Program-made: the position numbers and the translations under genes
The notes under the pieces: model-generated
What the model was told of the DNA's origin: nothing
The model's database searches: none
Seen by the model: the letters and a program-made list of their open reading frames with translations, nothing else
Part shown: piece by piece, positions 13,135 through 25,580 of the stretch
Position numbering within the stretch: the first letter of the stretch is position 1
How the letters are laid out: each line of letters starts with the position of its first letter
Assembly: GCA_951406725.2 (NCBI GenBank)
Contig: OX597828.1
Coordinates: forward strand, 55,180,001 to 55,244,000
Source of the DNA: Octopus vulgaris
Taxonomy: Eukaryota
Direction: 5' to 3'
DNA: 64,000 nucleotides

Positions 13135-13228
13135 CAGATAGTCTTGGCTGAAGAGCTACAAATGGATTACTGTAAGTAATATTACATTTAATTCATTAAT
13201 AGCGAAACAATTGTCCCAAAATAATCTG
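13135..13228 (+). ncRNA. Type I hammerhead ribozyme, copy 1
   Basis: Stem I 5' CAGATAGTCTTGG, core CTGAAGA (13148-13154), stem II GCTA...TAGC with an extended hairpin, GAAA (13204-13207), stem III CAATTG, TC (predicted cleavage after C13215, GUC triplet), stem I 3' CCAAAATAATCTG. Confidence 0.85.
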
Positions 13229-13668
13229 TATTTTTGTTATTTTTTATTTGCCCTGTCCGTGTGAGCTAACAGTCGTACCGGCTTTCATGGGAAACATGTA
13301 TTTTTCGTGGTTGAAACCTCTTGGATTAACTGGTGCTAGAGTGATCAATATAGTGAACACTCTCTTATATTTATTTTGTGAAAATATTATAATATGTTAT
13401 AAAATATTATAATAATCCAGGTTTCTCGTAGCACTAGGCCACTTGGTGTGGAATAAATATACTATTAAATTAGTATCTAATTCTCTCACCCTTATTAATT
13501 AATTATAATTATGCTGCATTTATTTCTAAATGCTGTATTTGTTTTCCGTGAGAGTTTGGCGCGCTGTTGGTTGGGGCATTTGAATTATAACGTCCGATGT
13601 AATCAATTGAACCGCACGCGTATTTATCGTTATGGTAAAATCTGGCGTGTGATTGAGTGGATTTCATC

Positions 13669-13762
13669 CAGATAGTCTTGGCTGAAGAGCTACAAATGGA
13701 TTACTGTAAGTAATATTACATTTAATTCATTAATAGCGAAACAATTGTCCCAAAATAATCTG
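13669..13762 (+). ncRNA. Type I hammerhead ribozyme, copy 2
   Basis: Same sequence as copy 1, offset +534. Confidence 0.85.
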
Positions 13763-14202
13763 TATTTTTGTTATTTTTTATTTGCCCTGTCCGTGTGAGC
13801 TAACAGTCGTACCGGCTTTCATGGGAAACATGTATTTTTCGTGGTTGAAACCTCTTGGATTAACTGGTGCTAGAGTGATCAATATAGTGAACACTCTCTT
13901 ATATTTATTTTGTGAAAATATTATAATATGTTATAAAATATTATAATAATCCAGGTTTCTCGTAGCACTAGGCCACTTGGTGTGGAATAAATATACTATT
14001 AAATTAGTATCTAATTCTCTCACCCTTATTAATTAATTATAATTATGCTGCATTTATTTCTAAATGCTGTATTTGTTTTCCGTGAGAGTTTGGCGCGCTG
14101 TTGGTTGGGGCATTTGAATTATAACGTCCGATGTAATCAATTGAACCGCACGCGTATTTATCGTTATGGTAAAATCTGGCGTGTGATTGAGTGGATTTCA
14201 TC

Positions 14203-14296
14203 CAGATAGTCTTGGCTGAAGAGCTACAAATGGATTACTGTAAGTAATATTACATTTAATTCATTAATAGCGAAACAATTGTCCCAAAATAATCTG
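14203..14296 (+). ncRNA. Type I hammerhead ribozyme, copy 3
   Basis: Same sequence as copy 1, offset +1068. Confidence 0.85.
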
Positions 14297-14736
14297 TATT
14301 TTTGTTATTTTTTATTTGCCCTGTCCGTGTGAGCTAACAGTCGTACCGGCTTTCATGGGAAACATGTATTTTTCGTGGTTGAAACCTCTTGGATTAACTG
14401 GTGCTAGAGTGATCAATATAGTGAACACTCTCTTATATTTATTTTGTGAAAATATTATAATATGTTATAAAATATTATAATAATCCAGGTTTCTCGTAGC
14501 ACTAGGCCACTTGGTGTGGAATAAATATACTATTAAATTAGTATCTAATTCTCTCACCCTTATTAATTAATTATAATTATGCTGCATTTATTTCTAAATG
14601 CTGTATTTGTTTTCCGTGAGAGTTTGGCGCGCTGTTGGTTGGGGCATTTGAATTATAACGTCCGATGTAATCAATTGAACCGCACGCGTATTTATCGTTA
14701 TGGTAAAATCTGGCGTGTGATTGAGTGGATTTCATC

Positions 14737-14830
14737 CAGATAGTCTTGGCTGAAGAGCTACAAATGGATTACTGTAAGTAATATTACATTTAATTCATTA
14801 ATAGCGAAACAATTGTCCCAAAATAATCTG
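14737..14830 (+). ncRNA. Type I hammerhead ribozyme, copy 4
   Basis: Same sequence as copy 1, offset +1602. Confidence 0.85.
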
Positions 14831-15270
14831 TATTTTTGTTATTTTTTATTTGCCCTGTCCGTGTGAGCTAACAGTCGTACCGGCTTTCATGGGAAACATG
14901 TATTTTTCGTGGTTGAAACCTCTTGGATTAACTGGTGCTAGAGTGATCAATATAGTGAACACTCTCTTATATTTATTTTGTGAAAATATTATAATATGTT
15001 ATAAAATATTATAATAATCCAGGTTTCTCGTAGCACTAGGCCACTTGGTGTGGAATAAATATACTATTAAATTAGTATCTAATTCTCTCACCCTTATTAA
15101 TTAATTATAATTATGCTGCATTTATTTCTAAATGCTGTATTTGTTTTCCGTGAGAGTTTGGCGCGCTGTTGGTTGGGGCATTTGAATTATAACGTCCGAT
15201 GTAATCAATTGAACCGCACGCGTATTTATCGTTATGGTAAAATCTGGCGTGTGATTGAGTGGATTTCATC

Positions 15271-15364
15271 CAGATAGTCTTGGCTGAAGAGCTACAAATG
15301 GATTACTGTAAGTAATATTACATTTAATTCATTAATAGCGAAACAATTGTCCCAAAATAATCTG
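15271..15364 (+). ncRNA. Type I hammerhead ribozyme, copy 5
   Basis: Same sequence as copy 1, offset +2136. Confidence 0.85.
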
Positions 15365-15804
15365 TATTTTTGTTATTTTTTATTTGCCCTGTCCGTGTGA
15401 GCTAACAGTCGTACCGGCTTTCATGGGAAACATGTATTTTTCGTGGTTGAAACCTCTTGGATTAACTGGTGCTAGAGTGATCAATATAGTGAACACTCTC
15501 TTATATTTATTTTGTGAAAATATTATAATATGTTATAAAATATTATAATAATCCAGGTTTCTCGTAGCACTAGGCCACTTGGTGTGGAATAAATATACTA
15601 TTAAATTAGTATCTAATTCTCTCACCCTTATTAATTAATTATAATTATGCTGCATTTATTTCTAAATGCTGTATTTGTTTTCCGTGAGAGTTTGGCGCGC
15701 TGTTGGTTGGGGCATTTGAATTATAACGTCCGATGTAATCAATTGAACCGCACGCGTATTTATCGTTATGGTAAAATCTGGCGTGTGATTGAGTGGATTT
15801 CATC

Positions 15805-15898
15805 CAGATAGTCTTGGCTGAAGAGCTACAAATGGATTACTGTAAGTAATATTACATTTAATTCATTAATAGCGAAACAATTGTCCCAAAATAATCTG
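15805..15898 (+). ncRNA. Type I hammerhead ribozyme, copy 6
   Basis: Same sequence as copy 1, offset +2670. Confidence 0.85.
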
Positions 15899-16048
15899 TA
15901 TTTTTGTTATTTTTTATTTGCCCTGTCCGTGTGAGCTAACAGTCGTACCGGCTTTCATGGGAAACATGTATTTTTCGTGGTTGAAACCTCTTGGATTAAC
16001 TGGTGCTAGAGTGATCAATATAGTGAACACTCTCTTATATTTATTTTG

Positions 16049-16100
<52 letters not shown>

Positions 16101-16783
16101 ATGTATGTATGTATGTATACACACACACGCGCAGAGAGAGGGGGAGAAAGAGAGATATCCCTTTATGGCAAAATTTAGTATGTAATTATGCAAGATGGAC
16201 CAATAACGATTTCATGAGTTTGAAATATACATTTAATATCTCTCAATTAACAGATTACAGTAGGAATGAGAGATAAAGTGAGAGAGACAGAGACAGAGTG
16301 AGAGGGATAGAGAATATATGTGTGTGTATTCGTATATATATATATGTATGTATATACATGCTCATACACACACATATATGTACACACACACGCACACACA
16401 TATATGAAGACTGAAAGAGAGACCTGCAGACAGACAGAGAAGAGGAGGGAGGGGTAGTTTACTTGCGTAAGTTTATGAAGGGAAGAAGCTCATGGAAGGA
16501 GCGGATGTTGTCAGAATTTATGTTCACTGGAGCTAGAAATGAATTTTGCTTAATGTGTAGCAGCAGTCTGTCGCAGGTTTCCGTGTTGTTATGGATATCG
16601 TTACCCTTAAAATACCTTTTTATGAAGAAAACGTAAGGGAAGCGTTAGGTCAGAATGCTTTCTAAAGCCAACTTATTTTTTCCCTTGGTTTTAGAGAAAA
16701 AAAAAAAGCCAAACCTGATGATCTTCCAGAAAGCTCCAAGTATTGCTGGGGAGCAGAGGAATTAAGGAACCAGAAATGATTTA

Positions 16784-17014
16784 GGCGGCGAACTGGCAGA
16801 AACGTTAGCACGCCGGGCGAAATGCTTACCGATATTTCGTCTGCCGTTACGTTGTGAGTTCAAATTCCGCCGAGGTCGACTTTGCCTTTCATCCTTTCAG
16901 GGTCGATAAATTAAGTACCAGTTACGCACTGGGGTTGATATAATCGACTTAATCCCTTTGTCTGTCCTTGTTTGTCTCCTCTATGTTTAGCCCCTTGTGA
17001 TCAGTAAAGAAATA
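16784..17014 (+). mobile_element. SINE family B, full length with target-site duplication
   Basis: Direct repeat AGAAATGATTTA at 16772-16783 and 17015-17026. Confidence 0.92.
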
Positions 17015-18159
17015 AGAAATGATTTAGTTAGAATTAGTTGTAATTGAAACTGAAATTGTTTATTCAGAAGGTCTGACCGTAATACTTATGGCAATATGCA
17101 TTCCTCTAAAAGCAGTTCAAGGCCAAGTGGTTGATGTTAGACCGGGTCACGGATGAAGTCCAGTACTCAAAGACAGACACAGAGTTTTCATTTCTAGCAA
17201 TTTCTCTGTGTTTCTCTCATGGTTGACTGCTTGCTTCCTTGTAGTGGGATGAGGACTGAAAAGGAGCTGACATCTTGCCTCGTTTCATAAATTTACTTGG
17301 TTTTAAGCTTTACTGATTTTTCCAGCACATGACAAAGAAAGAACAGTTATATGGAGGCAAACTTTATTTTGCTTCCTCATTAATGAAGAAGAGAGAGGAA
17401 AGATTGTGTATTTGGAGTTGGGTATTTGTCTATTTGAGAACGGTTGGGCTTTCGCCCATCTACTCTGTGTTTCTCTCCTCACTACTTAGACAGATATTGT
17501 AGTCTATGCTTCGCTAATGAGACTTAATAAGACGAAAGCATATAGAGTTGTCTCCCATTAGTTACAAAAATGTTTAGGATAGCATTAGTCATTGATTTGA
17601 TGTTGACTTATGTTCACCACGTAACTATTCTTCATTAGATATGTGATCTTCCTTCCATTAAATATATTTACTTAGCTGTTGCTTTTTCGAACGGTGGATG
17701 CTGCTATTTAACTTCTGTTTCTGAATGTAGTAGATAACAATTGTTAAAAGTACCGTGTAATGTGATCGAACCCGGAGCCAGACGAACGTTCTAATCACAT
17801 GAGCACGACTACAGATTGCTTCTTGGGTTTACCAAAAGAAATTGTGTCTGAATAACGACTGTAAGCAATGCAGGGGAAATGTGCGAGGAGTGTTCATAAA
17901 GAACTAGGTTTTTATTCATTCAGGAGAGAGAAACAGAGAGATAGAGAAAAATGAGGGGTGGGGGAGAAGAGAGGCTGAGAATGAGAGGCTAAGGGTGGAA
18001 AAGATTGATGTATAGATCATGAAAGAAAGAAGAGCTGGGTGAAAATACATTAGACAAGAAAAAAACAGAACTTCCACGCATTAATCTCTCTCGTTTCCTT
18101 CTGGAGAGAACTGATGTAGATAGATTATACAGATAGATAGACCGACAGAGTGATAGATT

Positions 18160-18249
<90 letters not shown>

Positions 18250-19279
18250 CAGAGAGTGTATGACAGGAAATGAGACCAAGACTGTGTAGTGTATGACAGG
18301 ATGTGAAACCGGATCAACAGGGAAGTTGGTGCATTGTACAGGTTCTAATGCAGCTTGTTTCTGCTCTTGCTAGACATGTCAGACGACACCACCCCGTCTT
18401 TAATTAACATTGTATCGAGGCCTATTCTTCACAAACAATGTATTCCAGCTCAGCGGTGCCCTGTGACTCAATGCTGCCTCACGAAACAATGAAATATCAG
18501 TCATTTAGTTCAACCTGCTTTTTTTTTAAGCTTTAAAAACTCCATAGTTATGCCCGGATGCCAAAAAATTTTAAGAACCTCTCATCTAGGCCTACATTAT
18601 GCTACATATCTTTCTTCCATTTTAAAGATATTATAGTGTAATTACTGAGAGATTTCGCTGCTATTTCTAGCAGACAGGAAGGCTGCATGGAAGCACCCTG
18701 TTTTATCAGTATAATGTGTTTAAAAGCTACTACAGAAGAGACAGAATGTATTCAAGGAGTACACGACTTGGTCTGGTAATCTCTCCTGAAGCACCACAAA
18801 AAAACTCATGAACTCACAACATGCTAGAAATGGCAGTGAAACTTCTCTTAGCACCATTTCGTATCCTTAAGTAATGTTATTTCGAGTACATATGCTTGAA
18901 AAATTTCCAGGTACAAACGTTCTGGAGGGTGAGTGGTCGTATGGATGCTAACAACAACTGTTTATTATCTACTGTCAAGTCCGACAGATTAAGGTAATGG
19001 TTAGAAGTGCTGGTGCGGATTCGGATGGAGATGGTGGTGGTGGTGGTGACGGTGGTTCGTAAGTTGAAATAACAGACCACACTGTCACTAGGTAGCGCAA
19101 TAGCTCAATTAGAATGAAAGGACAGGTGCAAATGGAGGTGACGCGGATTGGAATGGTTTCGGCGGCAGGCGGCGACTGAATACACAGATACATGCACACA
19201 TTCATACATACATACATACATACATACATACATACATACATACATACATTCATACATACATACATACATACATACATAC

Positions 19280-19310
<31 letters not shown>

Positions 19311-19407
19311 CATACATACATACATACAGACATTCATACATGCATACATACATGCATACATACATACTTACATACATACATACATACATACATGCATACA
19401 TACATAC

Positions 19408-19438
<31 letters not shown>

Positions 19439-19512
19439 CATACATACATACATACATACATACATGCATATCCATATGCAGATATTCATACACATATACA
19501 TATACATACATA

Positions 19513-19544
<32 letters not shown>

Positions 19545-19685
19545 AACAAGAAAAAAACTTTTTTCTTGTTTATAATCACCCCGCATTATCTTATGGTTAA
19601 TACCATATAGATTTATGGTGCATCTAAGTTAAGTACCGCATTCATGTGAATTCAACAGAACTCACTTGAATCTTAATTGCTTTTA

Positions 19686-19758
<73 letters not shown>

Positions 19759-19760
19759 TA

Positions 19761-19796
<36 letters not shown>

Positions 19797-19802
19797 TGTA
19801 TG

Positions 19803-19833
<31 letters not shown>

Positions 19834-20640
19834 GTAATATTTTATACTAGTCTAATGAGTATACGTCATTTAGTCTGCTGATGTGTTGAGTATAGCACTA
19901 ACACAGTTTGGGCTATCTGGTGTCATCTGCAGTTGGGGTATATTTCTTTGGATCCAATGAGGAATTCCGCAGTGCTAATCGTAATAACAATCAAATAATT
20001 AAACATAGAATAGAATCGGTATAACTCTTCATTTTGTGCGACGAACGTTTCGACCCATCCTGCAACTGTCCTTTATTGGCGGGATGCTGTGCATCATACT
20101 TTGTGGCACCAATTTTGCCGCCTGCGTCACATCAGGTGCATTCATTCATAAAATGGTGTCTCGCTAAAGGTCTTGATTTTGGGTAGTCATGTAGTTATTT
20201 GGCTGTTCATTCCCAAAATAAAACGATCGTCGTACAGACTCCATCTTCTGTTTACTTATTGGATTATATACATATACATACATGCATGCATACATACAGG
20301 CATGCATATATATATATATATATATATATAAATCAGAGGTAGAACAGAAAGAACACAACAAACGGAAACCAGCAAAACACAACATGCGGAAAAATAGATG
20401 ATAGCACGAGAAAGAGCATACACACACACACACACACACATACACACAGAGTATATATATACACACATATATATATGTATGTTTGTATGCATGTATGTAT
20501 ATACACTCACAAGCATACATGCATCCATACATACACACACAAACATATATAATGAAGATGATGATGATGATGACGATCTGATTTATAGTGTTGGTGGAGT
20601 TGTGGTGACGATGGAAGTGTTGTAGAAAATGATAGGGCTC

Positions 20641-20672
<32 letters not shown>

Positions 20673-21684
20673 GGTGGTGGTACACTTTGTAGTGTCAGAG
20701 ACAACGAGGATTAGAAGTGCAGGTGTTGAAGGAAATTCTAATGGATGCGCGTGCGCGTGTGCATGCTTTTATACATACTGGTACACATACACACACATAC
20801 ACACGAATACACACTCACATATACATGAATGTATACTTATACCTATGCCTGCGTTTCTAATTATAGACACCTACATAAATATTGTTATAAACATCTATAT
20901 ACATAATATACTTACATGCACACACACATACATACACACACGCACACGTACACATACACATATATAAATACATATACATACACACGTGGTGCTATTAAGT
21001 TAGACATGGCCTGGACCAGTCTTTGGTCGAAACATATCTATGCTCGTATAGATAAACATATAAGTATGTGTATGGATGTATGTAATATATACATATATAT
21101 TTAAACACATATATACAAATATAAATATATACACATATATACATATATGGATATAAATATGTGTGGTCATGTTTGTGTATATGTATATGTATGTATGCAT
21201 GCACGTATGTGTGTGTGTGTGTGTGTGTGTGCGTGTGTTGATGGATTTAAATGAAACGGAAGTTTTAATTCTATTTAATATGATAGGCTTAATTGGAATG
21301 TTAGAAGGAGAGAGGGAGCCGTATGTAGTGGCGGGTGGGGAGATACTGTTGATGGATAGAAGACATTAAAGACAGAGAGCAGTGTGAGTGAGAATGAGAG
21401 GGAGGGAGAGTGTTAAAGTAAGGTAGAACGAGGGAAGGGGGGGCAGTAGAAAAATACTAAAAGGCGTAGAAGGAAAATGAAAGAGAAGGGAAAGAGACAG
21501 TTAATGAGGTGTTGATAGATGCAATGTTGAAAGAATGGTAAGAGGAAGTTATTAATTGGTTAATGTTTAATTAGCATTTGAAAATAAGAGATTATCCCGA
21601 TTTATGAAACGAGAATGTTTCCTCTCTAAATGCCTGTATATTCTCAGGCATTCTAAGGTCTGCTAATTCTACGTACGATTATGT

Positions 21685-21723
21685 TTCACTGAGGAGGATT
21701 CATAACACTAAAACATGTCTGAA
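21685..21723 (+). ncRNA. Degenerate minimal hammerhead-like motif
   Basis: TTCA-CTGAGGA-(weak stem II)-AAAA-CATG-TC-TGAA; G12 is mutated. Confidence 0.35.
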
Positions 21724-22282
21724 TCGTCGCCCTTCTTACTGAAGATCGGACTCACAACACTAATGCTTCTAACCCTGCATAACATTTTTCGTTTGAGGTA
21801 TAATTTTAATTGATTAAAATATTTCCTTTTACCCGCTGCATGAAATATTAGTTATAGTAATAGTTATTAGACTTTAGGAGTCATCATAGGTACTTTGATT
21901 CTCTTTTTCCCTCTATATACATAGTCTTCATAGTCATTCTTTTAACCTAGTACCCGACATACTGCTCATCAATTCCTTCATATCAAGGAGAAAGCTTTAC
22001 GTACTGGATATATTTCTTATTATATATTACACAGACCTGAAACGTACGTATTAAACGATTTCTAAGTACGAGCATTTGGTTTCATTTCATTATTACACCT
22101 TATACGATTCGATGCCGGTACAAACTAACCAGTCCAGACTCCACTTATGAAGATACTCTAACAACGATTTGGAGCTGTTTGATACGAGTCGAAAATTCCG
22201 GTACCACTTCTTAGTGCAACACGATATTACTATTAAGTTTTTTTTTTCTTTGAATTCTTTCTCAGTTTATTTTCTCTTATTC

Positions 22283-22365
22283 CTTCCTGTTGAAGAGCGT
22301 AGGCTCGAAACGCAAAAGACTTTCTCACTTTCTTAAGCGCCAAACTAATACACCTGCTTGTTGTT
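22283..22365 (+). mobile_element. Short Penelope-like terminal fragment with a variant hammerhead core
   Basis: CTGTTGA-A-GAGC-GTAG-GCTC-GAAA-CGCA-AAAG; same family as the copies at 24113 and 29373. Confidence 0.55.
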
Positions 22366-22371
22366 CATGCT

Positions 22372-22737
22372 ACCATGCTGGAGCACCGCCTTTAGTCGAA
22401 CAAATCGAGCCCAGGACATATTCTTCTTAGGCCTAGTACCTATTCTATCGGTTTCTTTTGCCGAACCGCTAAGATACGGGGACGTAAACATACCAACATC
22501 GGTCGTCAAGTGATGATGAGGGGATAAACAGATACACAAACATATATATACATATACATACATACATACATATATATACGACATGCTTCTTTTCAGCGTC
22601 CGTCGAACAAAACCACTCACAAGGCTTTGGTCGGCCGTAGCTATAGTAGAAGACACTTGGCCCAGGGTGCCACGCAGTGGGACTCAACCTAGAACTATGA
22701 GGTTGGGAAACAAGATTCTTACCACACAGCCACGCCT
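22372..22737 (-). mobile_element. SINE family A
   Basis: Reverse-complement match to family A head and body. Confidence 0.88.
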
Positions 22738-22799
22738 ATAGACAGACAGAGAGACAGACAGACAGATAGACAGACAGACAGATAGATAGAAAGATAGAT

Positions 22800-22865
<66 letters not shown>

Positions 22866-23007
22866 TAGATAGATAGATACGGGGGAGTGGACAAACGAAA
22901 GAAAGAGGAACTTAGTATATTTTGTAAGTGTTACATATATTATTATTTAAAATAGTTTGATACGACCCCATACGACACAGTTTAATAGACTTCTTCATGT
23001 GTGTGTA

Positions 23008-23095
<88 letters not shown>

Positions 23096-23189
23096 TTACA
23101 TACAATATATATACCTATATACATATATACATATACATATATATATGTATGTGTATGTGTGTGTGTGTGTGTTTGCTTGTGTGTCGTGT

Positions 23190-23345
23190 TTGTTCCCCCA
23201 GCGGTTCGGCAAAAGAGGCCGATAGAATAAGTACGAGACTTACAAAGAATAAGTCGTGGGGTCGATATGCTCGATTAAAGACGGTGCTCCCGCATGGCCG
23301 CAGTCAAATGGTTGAAAAATTGAAAAAGTAAAAGAATAAAAGAAT
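23190..23345 (+). mobile_element. SINE family A 3' fragment
   Basis: GCGGTTCGGCAAAAGAG...GCATGGCCGCAGTCAAATG. Confidence 0.8.
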
Positions 23346-23992
23346 ATATACACACACAAAATTATGTGTGTGTGTGTGTGTGTGTGTGTGGCAGAGTGTG
23401 TACACGATATGTGTGTACGCGTACAGCACCCTACACACACGCGTGAGTATATAAATTGAGAAAGATTTCGATGAAACTACATTAACTTGATTACAGGTGA
23501 TGATGATGATGATGCTGATGATGATGAGAAGAAGGACGAGGTGGAGGAGGGGGTGGGAGGAGAAGGAAGGTGTAAAGATGCAAATGAAAGAAACGGCGGA
23601 GGGTGGGGAAGGAGATTAGTACGGACGTGGGAGGAAGGCAAGAAATGAGAAGCAAGGGTTGTTCTTATAATCGTTGCAGGAAGTTATGCGATTACGTTGT
23701 GGGATTTCAACTTTATTCTGCAAGAAAATGATTCAGTTTGTGTGTTTAATCTTATGGCTTGTTAAAAAAAATGATGGCTGCGTTGTTACTCGATAGTTTT
23801 GAAGTTGAAGAACTGCGAAGAGAGCGTCAGAAAACTCCTTTTCTATTGCGGTACGAGTTGTTTATTTTGACAATTGTAATTTACGGCCTACTCAGACATA
23901 GTTACCAGCTGTTAATCAATCAACCCCCACATACTAATCGTACTCCACTACAAACTGACGATATTTGATTGATCTTTGTACTTATACATACA

Positions 23993-24038
<46 letters not shown>

Positions 24039-24051
24039 TGTATGTATAAGA

Positions 24052-24228
24052 CGCCATGATAGATCGTTAGCTACTACACACATTTTTTTCTCTTCTTGCT
24101 TTTTCTGTGTCCCTTTCCGTAGAAGAGCGTAAGCTCGAAACGTAAAAGACTTTTTCTATTCCTCAGCGCTATACTAATACATCTGTTTGTTTGTACATCA
24201 CCTGCCTTCGTCTTTTGTTTATTTTGTA
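24052..24228 (+). mobile_element. Short Penelope-like terminal fragment with a variant hammerhead core, between (TA)n tracts
   Basis: CTTT-CCGTAGA-A-GAGC-GTAA-GCTC-GAAA-CG-TA-AAAG at 24113-24148. Confidence 0.55.
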
Positions 24229-24282
24229 TATATATATATATATATAAATGTGTGTGTGTGTGTGTGTGTGTATTTATTTATA

Positions 24283-24402
24283 CTTTATTTAAAGCAGCAG
24301 AAAATTCAACAAAACCTGTTTCACGTTGCCGTTCGTCGGACATGTCCAACGAACGGCAACGTGAAACAGGTTTTGTTGAATTTTCTGCTGCTTTAAATAA
24401 AG
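24283..24402. repeat. 120-bp near-perfect palindrome without spacer
   Basis: Centred on GGACATGTCC (24342/24343), with a single mismatch. Confidence 0.92.
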
Positions 24403-24564
24403 CATATTACTGGTATTTGGGTACTCTTTTTTCCACCTTGTTTCACATTTATGTGTTTACTCCGGTATATTTATTTATATATATAAATATATGTATATAT
24501 CGATACATATACACAAATACATACATAAATATATACATACATATGTGTTTGTGTGCGTGTGCAG

Positions 24565-24607
<43 letters not shown>

Positions 24608-24739
24608 AACACCAACCGACAACGGAATACACCCTCACACACACACATACACCACACCAATCGACACGAGAATATGTAAGTAGTTAATGATGTAAAATTA
24701 TTTCCTCTATTGTCGCTTTCCGTTTTGCAAACTGTTTTC

Positions 24740-24742
24740 CTC

Positions 24743-24776
<34 letters not shown>

Positions 24777-24852
24777 GCAGCAACAATAATAATGATAATC
24801 ATCACATTACTGCTACTACTTCATTCGTCTGCAAACTTATTGCAGCATGTGC

Positions 24853-24883
<31 letters not shown>

Positions 24884-24885
24884 AG

Positions 24886-24978
<93 letters not shown>

Positions 24979-25077
24979 TTAGTTGTAGTAGTAGTAGTAG
25001 TAGTAGTCGTAGTCGTAGTAGAGGTATTAGTAGTAGTCGTCGTCGTCGTCGTCGTCGTCGTAGTAGTAGTAGTGGTG

Positions 25078-25126
<49 letters not shown>

Positions 25127-25190
25127 AACTAGTAGTAGTAGTAGTATTAGTATTATTATTATTATTATTAGTAGTAGTAGTAGTAGCTTT
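24740..25190. repeat. Compound trinucleotide microsatellite (AAC, AGT, CGT, GGT, ATT)
   Basis: Directly visible. Confidence 0.95.
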
Positions 25191-25540
25191 TTTTGCTGTC
25201 ATGTTATTGAATTGCCAGTAATTGTAAGTGATACTTAGAAGAATGTATTTGTTTCGAGTTTATTGTGTCGATGTACTGGCTTTGTGGGAGGGGAGTGGGT
25301 GGTGCATTTATTCCCAGACCTATTCAGGAAGACATTAGAAGTTTTCTAACAATTGAAAACAACGGAAGATGATGATGATGGTCGAGAGCTCGCTCCACTC
25401 ACGTGAAGTGTCAACATAAAGCAGAATGGTCTAGAAATAGTCACACTAGTTATTACAAAAAGAAACACCAAAATAGAAAACAAAACTTAAGTTGTGGTTT
25501 CATTGATGTATGCATGTGTGTGTATGTGTGTATATGCATG

Positions 25541-25580
<40 letters not shown>

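Larger units (their letters stand above)
12649..16049 (+). repeat. Tandem array of ~6.4 x 534-bp non-coding units, each with a hammerhead ribozyme (retrozyme-like / Penelope terminal-repeat concatemer)
   Basis: CATTTAATTC recurs at 12651, 13185, 13719, 14253, 14787, 15321 and 15855 (period 534). Units look identical by eye. The array is flanked by (TA)n on both sides and has no long ORF. Confidence 0.95.

Noticed and set aside
12649-16049. Array as a CRISPR locus, rDNA/5S cluster or mitochondrial insertion
   Set aside because: Units are identical with no unique spacers, and I recognise no rRNA, tRNA or mitochondrial coding motifs.
15918-16178. ORF containing LKPLGLT, reminiscent of the PLE GIY-YIG C-terminal P.GLN
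   Set aside because: Surrounding residues do not fit, and the ORF is long only because it runs into (TA)n.
16712-16740. CTGATGA-TCTTCCA-GAAA-GC-TC hammerhead-like string
   Set aside because: No stem I pairing and no credible stem II.
19541-19574. Short palindromes (also 3479-3496 and 56106-56121)
   Set aside because: Short or low-complexity with no associated element; plausibly chance or local slippage.
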